Origin: Bacteroidales bacterium | Lineage (GTDB): Bacteria; Bacteroidota; Bacteroidia; Bacteroidales; JAADJA01 | NCBI GenBank assembly: GCA_020438135.1 | Contig: JAGQVF010000083.1 | Span: 4,415 to 68,414, forward strand | Direction: 5' to 3' | DNA length: 64,000 bases | Part shown: piece by piece, positions 54,110 to 62,804 of the stretch | Position numbering within the stretch: position 1 is the first letter of the stretch | Layout: the number at the start of each line of letters is the position of its first letter | The notes under the pieces: generated by a model | Seen by the model: only the letters and a program-made list of their open reading frames with translations | Told to the model about the DNA's origin: nothing | Database searches by the model: none | Program-made: the position numbers and the translations under genes

Positions 54110-57091
54110 ATGTTGTTCAGGAAATCTATCATATCCCTCTTTTTACTGCTGTTGATTGCGCTGTTACCGGGGGTTGTATCGGGACAGGATAACACCGGAG
54201 ATGCATATGCCGAAACCATACATCAGGCGGACAAATATTTCGCTGAGGGAGACTATATCAAAGCCAAAACTTCTTATCAATATGCCACCCGGTTGAAACC
54301 GGAAGAAGCATACCCGAAAGACCGTTTGCGGGAAACCATCGATAAACTTCGCGAAAAAATGGCTTTGATGGAACAATATACAGCCCTGATAACACAGGCC
54401 GATGAACTGTTTCGTGATAATGAATTTGATGCTGCAATTAAAAAATATGAAGAAGCCGGTAAAATGATCCCTTCGGAAGGTTATCCACAGGAAAAGATCG
54501 AACAAATAGAAGCGCAAAAATCGGCGCACCGTAAGTTGCAGGTGGCTTATGACGATGCCATCTACCGAGCAGAAAAATACGAGAAATATAAAAAATACGA
54601 AGAGGCCAAAACGGAATATGAAAAAGCGCATGAGGTATTCCCGGATGAGCCTGTACCAGCCCAAAAAATCGGGGAGTTAACCCAACTGATTGCAGAGGTT
54701 AAAAAGGCAAGAGAACTGTACGATGAGATCATAGCCAATGCCGACCGGCTTTTTAATCTGAAATATTACGAAAACGCCAAACAGGAATACCAGAAAGCCT
54801 CCGAAGCCAAACCTGATGAAGCCTATCCGCAAGCACAAATAAAGGAAATAGAAACATTACTCGTAAAGAAAAACGAATACGACGGTCTGGTTGAAGCTGC
54901 CGACGAAAATTATATGAACAAAAACCTGGAGGATGCCAAAAGTAATTACCAGGCTGCCCTTAAAATTTATCCTTCCGAGAGTTATCCGAAAGACATGATC
55001 GATAAGATCAATAATGCACTTCTGGAAACAAGGGGAGAGGATGATGTGTATGCTGAAAGCATTCAGCAGGCCGATGCCTTCCTGGCTGCCAAAGACTACA
55101 CCAATGCACTTAAGGAATATGAAAACGCCTCCGCCATTAAACCTTCCGAAAGTTATCCCAAAGACAAAATTGCTGAGATCAATTCCATTCAATCATCCAT
55201 GGAGGCTGACGAAAGTAACTATCAACTGGCAATTAAGTTAGGCGATCAGTATTTTGCCGGGAACGATTTTGAAAATGCCAAAAAAGAATACCAAAAGGCG
55301 CTCAACATTAAAGCAGATGCCGAATATCCCGCAGATCAACTCGCTCTGGCAAATAAAGCCCTGAAGGAAAAGAAAACCCTGATGGCTGGTTATGATAATG
55401 CCATTGCTGAAGGCGATGCCCGGTTGGAAGAAGGGAAATATGCCGAAGCACGAAATGCCTATCAAAATGCCCTCGAAACGTTGCCGGGAGATGTTTATGC
55501 AACCGGACAGATCGAGAAGGCCGACCGGCTCGAAAAAGCGTTAAAAGAAAAGGGAGAGCAATACGTTACAGTCATTGCAGCGGCCGATAAATTTTTTGCA
55601 GAAGGAAACTACCAGGAGGCGAGAAACAAATACAATGAGGCACTTAACCTTGACGAAACCCAAAGCTACCCAAAGGAAAAGCTAACTGAAATCGAAACCC
55701 TATTGGCACAACAAAGAGAGCTTGAAAACAACTATGCGAGGGCCATTGCATCGGCTGACCTGTTTATGGGGAAAGAGGAATACGAACAGGCGCTGAAAGC
55801 TTATCAGGAGGCTCAAAGTATCAAACCGGCCGAAAGTTATCCCCAGCAAAAGATAGCTGAGATCAATTCACTGTTCAGAGAGCAGGCTGATGCTGAAACA
55901 CAGTATCAGGAAACCATCAAAGAAGCTGAGGGATTGATGGCGCTCAAACAGTACGACAAAGCCAAACTTGCTTTTATGAAAGCCGGTAATATGAAACCCG
56001 GGGAGGCTTATCCACGCAATAAGATCGACGAAATTGAAACATTGATCGCACAGGCTGAAGCGCAGCAGGCAGAATATAACCAGGTGGTGGGTGCTGCCGA
56101 CCGGTTGATGGATGCAGAAGATTTCGATAAAGCACGTGAGCGTTACGAGCAGGCTCTGGAGGTGATTCCCGGTTCGCAATATCCGTTGGATCAGATCGAA
56201 AAAATCAACAATATCATTCTGGCTAACGAACTGGCCGTACAGGAATCGTACAATCAACTGATCGATGAGGCCGATGCCTTGTTTGCTTCACAATCGTATG
56301 CTGAGGCCAGGCTGAAATATAAAGAGGCTTTGAAGTTTAAACCCGGGGAGGATTACCCGGTACAAAAACTTTCGGAGATCGAACGTGCTATGAATGATCT
56401 CGAAATGCTGCAGACCAAATACAACAAACTGGTGAACGAAGCCGATCGTCTTTTTACTTCAAAAGATTACCAGGCAGCGAAAGAGAAGTACCGCGAAGCA
56501 TCAGTTTTATTCCCTGAAGAAATTCATCCCAAAGACCGCATCGAAGAGATCAATCTGATCTTCAGGGCTGCTTCTGAGAAAAATCAGGAAGCTTATGACA
56601 AGGCCATTGCTGAAGCCGATAAATTCCTGGCCGGAAAAGAATACGATCAGGCCATCAATGCATACCGTAATGCACAGTCGATTATGCCGGATGAAAATTA
56701 CCCACAATCGATGATTGATAAAATTTTGTCGATCCTTGAAGCCAATGCACAGCGTAAGATTTTAAACAGTACGATTACCATACTTAATAATGAACAGGAA
56801 AAGTTCAGTTTCGATCCTGTATCTGCTGCCGACAGCAAATCGAGCATATTGCATATCCGTGCACGGGGTATGGCTGTTAAGGAATTTAAAGTAACAGTAA
56901 GTTACGGTAAAGGTGGTTCCAAAAACGGGGGTTATGTTTTGCCCATCCCACCCGGAAGTGAATCACGTGAATTTATCATTCCCCTTGGCAATCAATATAC
57001 CTGGTATTCCGAAAACAATAACTGGATATCTCTTACACCGCAAGGAGGGACTGTAGAGGTTGAGTTGATTGAGATCACAAGAGGTGAATAA
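54110..57091 (+). CDS. Secreted protein with 15 tandem ~58-aa TPR-like helical repeats and a ~130-aa beta-rich C-terminal domain
   Basis: Signal peptide LFLLLLIALLPGVVSGQ. Each repeat follows Y..hI..AD.hF....Y..A...Y..A....P.E.YP..KI.EI. The 15 anchors are EEAYPKDRL, SEGYPQEKI, DEPVPAQKI, DEAYPQAQI, SESYPKDMI, SESYPKDKI, DAEYPADQL, GDVYATGQI, TQSYPKEKL, AESYPQQKI, GEAYPRNKI, GSQYPLDQI, GEDYPVQKL, EEIHPKDRI and DENYPQSMI. Confidence 0.8.
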   Translation: MLFRKSIISLFLLLLIALLPGVVSGQDNTGDAYAETIHQADKYFAEGDYIKAKTSYQYATRLKPEEAYPKDRLRETIDKLREKMALMEQYTALITQADELFRDNEFDAAIKKYEEAGKMIPSEGYPQEKIEQIEAQKSAHRKLQVAYDDAIYRAEKYEKYKKYEEAKTEYEKAHEVFPDEPVPAQKIGELTQLIAEVKKARELYDEIIANADRLFNLKYYENAKQEYQKASEAKPDEAYPQAQIKEIETLLVKKNEYDGLVEAADENYMNKNLEDAKSNYQAALKIYPSESYPKDMIDKINNALLETRGEDDVYAESIQQADAFLAAKDYTNALKEYENASAIKPSESYPKDKIAEINSIQSSMEADESNYQLAIKLGDQYFAGNDFENAKKEYQKALNIKADAEYPADQLALANKALKEKKTLMAGYDNAIAEGDARLEEGKYAEARNAYQNALETLPGDVYATGQIEKADRLEKALKEKGEQYVTVIAAADKFFAEGNYQEARNKYNEALNLDETQSYPKEKLTEIETLLAQQRELENNYARAIASADLFMGKEEYEQALKAYQEAQSIKPAESYPQQKIAEINSLFREQADAETQYQETIKEAEGLMALKQYDKAKLAFMKAGNMKPGEAYPRNKIDEIETLIAQAEAQQAEYNQVVGAADRLMDAEDFDKARERYEQALEVIPGSQYPLDQIEKINNIILANELAVQESYNQLIDEADALFASQSYAEARLKYKEALKFKPGEDYPVQKLSEIERAMNDLEMLQTKYNKLVNEADRLFTSKDYQAAKEKYREASVLFPEEIHPKDRIEEINLIFRAASEKNQEAYDKAIAEADKFLAGKEYDQAINAYRNAQSIMPDENYPQSMIDKILSILEANAQRKILNSTITILNNEQEKFSFDPVSAADSKSSILHIRARGMAVKEFKVTVSYGKGGSKNGGYVLPIPPGSESREFIIPLGNQYTWYSENNNWISLTPQGGTVEVELIEITRGE

Positions 57092-57196
57092 GACCATTTC
57101 TTAAAATAAATCGTATCGCCGTTTGATCCCCCTTGAACCCTCAGGGCAAATCCATGTTTTATTGCTATCTTTTTAAAACTGGTAAAACGGTGACAT

Positions 57197-58096
57197 ATGG
57201 ATCGAAAATCATTTCTTAAAACATTAATGGCTTTTTCTGCAATGGGAACACTCAGTAGTTTTAAACTTTTTACGGATAATCTTCCGATACAGGATCGGAA
57301 GATGCCTGTACTTTTTACATCGCATGGGAATCCGATGGATATACCTGTCGATAGAAGTGAGCGGGCTTTTTGGCAAACTTTGTTTGAGCTTGGAACCGAC
57401 CTGAAAAGTAATTTCGATATCAGGGCGGCGCTTGTTGTTTCGGCGCACTGGTGCACCGAAGGTACATTTATCAATATCTCTCCTGAACAAAAACAGATTT
57501 ATGATTACTATGGTTTCCCGGAACATTATTACGACCCGGTTTATCAGGCAAAAGGATCACCAGCGATAGCCGGCGAGGTAAAAAAGATTGTGCCTGATGT
57601 AAAGGAAACCACCGATTGGGGTCTTGATCACGGTGCCTGGCCCATGCTGATGCACCTTTTTCCTGAGGCAGAAATTCCCGTATTTCAGATGAGCATTCAT
57701 TATTATGCAAATCCTGAATATCATTACAACCTTGGAAAACAATTGAAATCTTTGCGTGATAAAGGAGTGCTGATAATCGGGAGTGGTTCGCTGGTGCACA
57801 ACCTCAGGCTGGCCGGACAAAAAATGCGAAACAACGATATGACTCCTTATGGCTGGGAGGCTGAATACGATGCCTGGATCAAAAAGCAGATCGATGAACG
57901 CAACACGGAAAATATCATCCATTATGAAACCAGCCATAAACTTGGTAAATTGGCAGCTCCGACTCCCGATCATTATGTGCCTGTGCTTTACAGCCTGGGT
58001 TTGATGGACAAACAAGACGAGATCAGCTATTTTTACGAGGCTCCGCCTGCTTTGCCTGCATTCAGTGAACGGAGTTTCATTATTCAGCGCAGATAG
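57197..58096 (+). CDS. LigB-family class III extradiol dioxygenase (4,5-DOPA dioxygenase/YgiD-like) with N-terminal Tat-like signal
   Basis: The core starts MPVLFTSHGNPM, followed by VVSAHW, YDYYGFP and WGLDHGAWPML. A 35-aa N-terminal extension reads MDRKSFLKTLMAFSAMGTLSSF. Confidence 0.85.
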   Translation: MDRKSFLKTLMAFSAMGTLSSFKLFTDNLPIQDRKMPVLFTSHGNPMDIPVDRSERAFWQTLFELGTDLKSNFDIRAALVVSAHWCTEGTFINISPEQKQIYDYYGFPEHYYDPVYQAKGSPAIAGEVKKIVPDVKETTDWGLDHGAWPMLMHLFPEAEIPVFQMSIHYYANPEYHYNLGKQLKSLRDKGVLIIGSGSLVHNLRLAGQKMRNNDMTPYGWEAEYDAWIKKQIDERNTENIIHYETSHKLGKLAAPTPDHYVPVLYSLGLMDKQDEISYFYEAPPALPAFSERSFIIQRR

Positions 58097-58295
58097 CTTT
58101 CAAATTTATCCAATTCCTTACACAGTTCAAATAAAGGTCTGTTTCTGCTAAAGCGAAAACTTTTACCCTTGAGGGTTACTTTTTTCCTTTGCCTTGTATA
58201 AACATATGGTAAGGCAATACATTTATTATTATGTGACAGGCCATTTATTCTGCGTAGTTAGCGGTTATGTCAACATCAAATCAGGGAGTTTAGGT

Positions 58296-58730
58296 ATGAC
58301 CATGTCAAAACAAACCGAAAAACGAATCAGGGAATTAATTCAAATCACTGAACAGGCAGCCGAAGGTTATCTTGACCAAAAAGCTGAACTCACCGAAAAT
58401 AATGACCTCCTCGACGAACTGGCTTCCGGGGTAAATCAACTCATTGAGGCTTGCCGTGAGACCACCGAAAACATGATCAATACACGGGATAATCCCGATC
58501 CCTACTTTGAAGTGGCGCGTTCGTGGATCGATGAAATGCGCGAGAGGGCAAGGATGCATGCTGATGCTGGAAAATCGGATGAAGACCTGATGAAACGGAT
58601 CAGGGAACTGGAACAACGCAACAGCGACCTCGAAAGGCTAAATCATCTTTTTATCGGCCGCGAATTCAGGATCAAGGAGTTGCGGAATAAAATCGAAATG
58701 TTGAAGAAAAAACTTAGTGAAGGAGCTTGA
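58296..58730 (+). CDS. Small helical protein ending in the LFIGREFRIKEL coiled-coil motif
   Basis: I prefer the ATG at 58296 (MTMSKQTEK..). The C-terminus RIRELEQRNSDLERLNHLFIGREFRIKELRNKIEMLKKKLSEGA matches the C-terminus of the PAS protein at 59142..62342. Confidence 0.65.
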   Translation: MTMSKQTEKRIRELIQITEQAAEGYLDQKAELTENNDLLDELASGVNQLIEACRETTENMINTRDNPDPYFEVARSWIDEMRERARMHADAGKSDEDLMKRIRELEQRNSDLERLNHLFIGREFRIKELRNKIEMLKKKLSEGA

Positions 58731-58863
58731 TCCCTTTTACCTTGAGCTTTTTTATGTGTTAAAAATCAGGGCTTTATAGTTTTAGATTTCGGATTTGTTA
58801 AGAAACATTAAAATATTCAATATTTCTGTTTGTTTTATAAAAAAATTGTATTTTCGCATCATT

Positions 58864-58948
58864 GAAGCGGGGCTACATCCTTCAAAAATTGGTTTTGGTT
58901 AATAATTAGGTTTATTCTTTTCTTCTTTCTGCCCCGCTTCTTTTTTTT
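58864..58948 (+). terminator. GC-rich 10-bp stem enclosing 57 nt, followed by T8 (terminator-like, or a small-RNA 3' end)
   Basis: gaagcggggc (58864..58873) is the perfect complement of gccccgcttc (58931..58940). T8 follows at 58941..58948. A near-consensus -7 box TATTTTCG lies at 58849..58856, with TTTG at 58829..58832. Confidence 0.4.
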
Positions 58949-59141
58949 ATCTTTCGAATGTTTTCCCCTTATAACTTCATCTGAATATCAGATTATACTT
59001 CTGCGATAATTACTTGTTTCGATTGGGGTTAGTTGTTGATCATCTTTCTGAAAACCAATGCATTTATTTGTTCCTTTAAAAGCGTTTAGGGGTCATAAAG
59101 AATTTACCACCTGCTGAAATGTGTTTTAACTTGAATGGGAT

Positions 59142-62100
59142 TTAGTCGTTGCTTAACCGGGCTTCTAACAGTTTGATCTGGTCTTTCAGCTCTTTAATTC
59201 TGAATTCGCGACCAATAAACAATTGGTTAAAACGCTCCAGTTCATCATTTTTTCTTTCCAGTTCTGATGTGCGTTCCTGCACCAGTTCCTCGAGGTGTTC
59301 TTTGTGTCGGAGCAATTGTTTTTCACTCTCTTCTAATTTTTTTTCTGCCTGTTTACGTTCGTGTATATCAGCAGCATTTATTAATACCAGTCTGGGTTTG
59401 CCAGCTTTATCAGGAAGTGGTTGAAGACTGTTCCTGAACCATCGCAATTCACCCCTGATGAATGTTTGTGATTCGATTACTATTCCCTTACCGCTGGATA
59501 ACACTTTATGAATTTCTGCCATCTGTTTGCCTGCGATGTCTGCAGGGAAAAGTTCCTTCATATGTTTACCGACCATTTTCGGCGGGGAAATATGAAAGGC
59601 ATCCGCAGCCGATTGATTTGCAAAATGAAATATACCGTCCTTGTCAACTGTAAATATGGCCGACTCAAAGCTTTCAGTAACAGTGCGATATTTCTCCTCA
59701 CTGTCATGCAATGCTTCATCAGCATTTTTGCGATCGGTAATATCGCGGAAATTAATAACAATAGCATGAATGTTCGGCACCATTAATAAATTGCTGAAGG
59801 TGCTTTCGAGCCAGCGATATGGGCCGTTTTTGTGTTTGAACCTGTATTGAATGGTAGGTACGTATGAGGGATCTTTTATTAGTTTTTCAATTTCAGATAA
59901 AACCATCGGAAGATCTTCGGGGTGTGTCAGGTCATTGGGATCCTGAAGATGAGCTTCTTCAGGTGTATAACCAAATATTTTGGATACGGAAGGGCTGGCG
60001 TAGGTGAATTTGCCATTTCCATCGATCATTACTATTCCATCCGGTGCATGTTCGATCATTGATCTGTAGCGCTGCTCTGTTTGCCGAAGTTTTTCCTCCG
60101 CTTTTTTTCTTTCGGTGATGTCTACAATTTGTGCCAACAGACACTTTTCGTTATTGATCTCGATCGCTTCACCCCAAACCAATACTTGTCGTTCCTGACC
60201 GTTTTTAAGTTTGGCTGTGTATTCGGCGCCAATTACATGTCCGTTTGTTTGTAATTGTTCAATAAATTGATGGCGATCGTCCGGTTTTCCCCATATATCC
60301 AGTTCATCGGTACTGCGCCCGATTACCTCTTTTTTTGTAAATCCATACAAAGTGCAAAAAGCTGGATTTACATCAACGATTTTAGCATCGTTTAGCCGGG
60401 TAATTCCGATTGCAACGGGGCTGTTTTGAAAGACCGAAGCAAAACGAGCTTCGCTTTTAATAATCTTATCCTCTGCCAGTTTGCGATCAGATATATCCCG
60501 GGCTGCCGCATACAATGAGATTCCGTCGGGGGATGGGATTGCATTCCATTCAAGCCATCGATAATCACCATCTTTGGTTTTGTAGCGATTAATAAATTGC
60601 ATGGTATTTTTGCCACCGATCTGTCGTTCAATCTCCTTAAATGTCGGAATACGGTCATCGGGGTGGATAAATTCCGCAAGAGGTTTATCCATTAGTTCTT
60701 CTTTTGAATAACCTAAAACCCTTTCCCATTCGTTGTTAAGTTTTTTAAAATACCCTTCGGTAGAGGCAATACAGGCCATATCGGGTACCATGTTAAAAAA
60801 TCTTTCCAACTCCTCTTCGGCATATTTACGAACAGAAATATCCTGCAAAGTGCCTTTTAGTTTAATGACCTTACCATCCTCTGAAATTGGAAAACAAACT
60901 GCTCTGACCCATTTGCGTTTTCCTATCACTGTTGTCATTTCCAGTTCAAGGTCGTATGGTTTTCCATGGTTGAGAGCTTTTTTAAATGCCTTTTCCAGTT
61001 TTTTCTGGGAGCCGGGCTCAAAACGGCTAATCTCGACCTCTGATTTTGGGGTGTAGGATTTGGGGTCACGGTCGTGAATAGCATAAGTCTCATCCGTCCA
61101 AACCTGCTGTTGTGATGGTACATCGAGTTCCCAACCTCCAACCTTAGCAATTTTTCCCATTTCATTCAGCAGCAATTCACGGTCGCGAAGTGTTTGTTCT
61201 GCTTTTTTGCGGTCGGTAATGTTTTCTGCTACAAAACTAAATTGGGGATTTCCAGATTTTCCTGTGCCGATATAGGATGCTGTTGAGCCCAGCCAAATGC
61301 TTCCGTTCCTGTGTGGATATTCATACTCAAAATAAGAAGGTTCCCTTTCTGACATACAGCGCTTGAATTGTTCAACCCACATTCGCTCAAATTCTTTAGG
61401 ATTGCCCAGTTCCAATCCTGTTTTTCCTGGTAAACTTTCCCTGTTGAAATTTACAAATTCAGCGGTTGAGCGATTTCCGGAAACAGCTACCGTTTTATCT
61501 CCATCAAGCTCGGCAATACCCATCAAAAAAGGCGCACTATCGTAAAATGCCTCAATGGTTGCCTGACTTTGCCGCAGGCCTTCCTCTGCCAGTTTTCGCT
61601 CTGTAATATCATAATTAACACCTACCATGCGAACCGGTTTTCCCGCATCGTTGCGGAAAACCTGCCCATCGGCTTTAAGCCAGTGTGTTGAACCATCTGG
61701 CCACAACACCCGAAATTCAGTGTGATAATCTGCTTCACCTTTCACCGCGCGTACTGAAATTTCGTTGCTTGACTCACGGTCGTCAGGATGAACTCCATTA
61801 AGCCAGGCTTCATACGCTTCACCAAATTCGCCGGGTTGGAGCCCATACAAAGCATACATCTTATCATCCCAAACAATGGTATTGTTTTCAATATCCCAGT
61901 CCCAGATTCCTATCCCGGCTGAGCGATTGGCCAGCAGCGCTTTAAAACATTTGTCGCCATCAAATGGTGTTTCAGTTATTTCAAAAATATCGTTAATTGC
62001 CAAAACCAAACCTCCGGATTCATCCCTATTGCTGTTGAGGGGTGTGGCTATTGCTGAAACAGAAAAGGATTTGCCATTACTTTTTACAAAATGAAATGTG

Positions 62101-62342
62101 TCGGGGTGTAGTGCAACTTTCCTTTTCTTAAAAACCTGTTCGGAAAGAATAAATGTTTTTTTGCCTGGGTGATGATCTGTAAAACGAATAATGGTCCCGA
62201 GAGGCTTTCCTATAAGCTGCTGTTGCTGATATCCGGTCAGGCTTTCAGCTGCGGGATTTAACCAGGTTATTTTATCATGTTGGTCAGTTATGATGATCGC
62301 TTTTCCGATGGCGTGCAGAATATTCTCAGCGCTGTTTTTCAT
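59142..62342 (-). CDS. Multi-PAS (eight PAS/PAC modules) sensor protein with a C-terminal coiled coil and no recognisable output domain
   Basis: 1,066 aa. PAC-end/linker motifs recur about every 125 aa: YDITERKLAEE, ENITDRKKAEQ, QDISVRKYAEE, RDISDRKLAED, VDITERKKAEE, RDITDRKNADE, ADIHERKQAEK. The protein ends ...ELERKNDELERFNQLFIGREFRIKELKDQIKLLEARLSND. I see no H-box/HATPase, GGDEF, EAL, HD or HTH motif. Confidence 0.9.
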   Translation of the reverse strand: MKNSAENILHAIGKAIIITDQHDKITWLNPAAESLTGYQQQQLIGKPLGTIIRFTDHHPGKKTFILSEQVFKKRKVALHPDTFHFVKSNGKSFSVSAIATPLNSNRDESGGLVLAINDIFEITETPFDGDKCFKALLANRSAGIGIWDWDIENNTIVWDDKMYALYGLQPGEFGEAYEAWLNGVHPDDRESSNEISVRAVKGEADYHTEFRVLWPDGSTHWLKADGQVFRNDAGKPVRMVGVNYDITERKLAEEGLRQSQATIEAFYDSAPFLMGIAELDGDKTVAVSGNRSTAEFVNFNRESLPGKTGLELGNPKEFERMWVEQFKRCMSEREPSYFEYEYPHRNGSIWLGSTASYIGTGKSGNPQFSFVAENITDRKKAEQTLRDRELLLNEMGKIAKVGGWELDVPSQQQVWTDETYAIHDRDPKSYTPKSEVEISRFEPGSQKKLEKAFKKALNHGKPYDLELEMTTVIGKRKWVRAVCFPISEDGKVIKLKGTLQDISVRKYAEEELERFFNMVPDMACIASTEGYFKKLNNEWERVLGYSKEELMDKPLAEFIHPDDRIPTFKEIERQIGGKNTMQFINRYKTKDGDYRWLEWNAIPSPDGISLYAAARDISDRKLAEDKIIKSEARFASVFQNSPVAIGITRLNDAKIVDVNPAFCTLYGFTKKEVIGRSTDELDIWGKPDDRHQFIEQLQTNGHVIGAEYTAKLKNGQERQVLVWGEAIEINNEKCLLAQIVDITERKKAEEKLRQTEQRYRSMIEHAPDGIVMIDGNGKFTYASPSVSKIFGYTPEEAHLQDPNDLTHPEDLPMVLSEIEKLIKDPSYVPTIQYRFKHKNGPYRWLESTFSNLLMVPNIHAIVINFRDITDRKNADEALHDSEEKYRTVTESFESAIFTVDKDGIFHFANQSAADAFHISPPKMVGKHMKELFPADIAGKQMAEIHKVLSSGKGIVIESQTFIRGELRWFRNSLQPLPDKAGKPRLVLINAADIHERKQAEKKLEESEKQLLRHKEHLEELVQERTSELERKNDELERFNQLFIGREFRIKELKDQIKLLEARLSND

Positions 62343-62804
62343 AAGACATTTCTTAGATCAATTCAAAAGTTAGGAGTCTGTTACAGGATAGGGTAGATAT
62401 GATTCTATCGGATTGCCTGTTAGGTTTCGAATGTTAACACCATTTGGAAGGTGCTTTAATGTGTCGTTAATTTTCATATTCAGACTATCGATTTTTAGGG
62501 TTTACAAGGCACTTTGTTTTACATATCAGGAAATCTTCCTTCGTTATTCAGATGTCAATCCAAACTTTTGTTCATGCATACAGGCGAATGTAAAAAACTC
62601 CTGATTGAGAATTAAATGTACGATAAAATGTACTTTCGATTGCTTTTATCGAAATAACGATAACAGGGGCTGTTGAGTTTCAAAGTTCTCATGGAATTTT
62701 GCTTTATGTTTTAAATACTGTTTTTTCATTATATGTCTTTATTGTTTTCTTCAAACTAAACTAAATCTTGTCCAATTCCTTAATTTAATACCGGAATAGA
62801 AATT

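Noticed and set aside
62413-62604. 63-aa + strand ORF in the 462-bp AT-rich gap upstream of the PAS gene
   Set aside because: It has no motif, a hydrophobic and low-complexity composition typical of AT-rich noise, and no promoter-like box. I also saw only a weak 7-bp hairpin (62633..62653) there.
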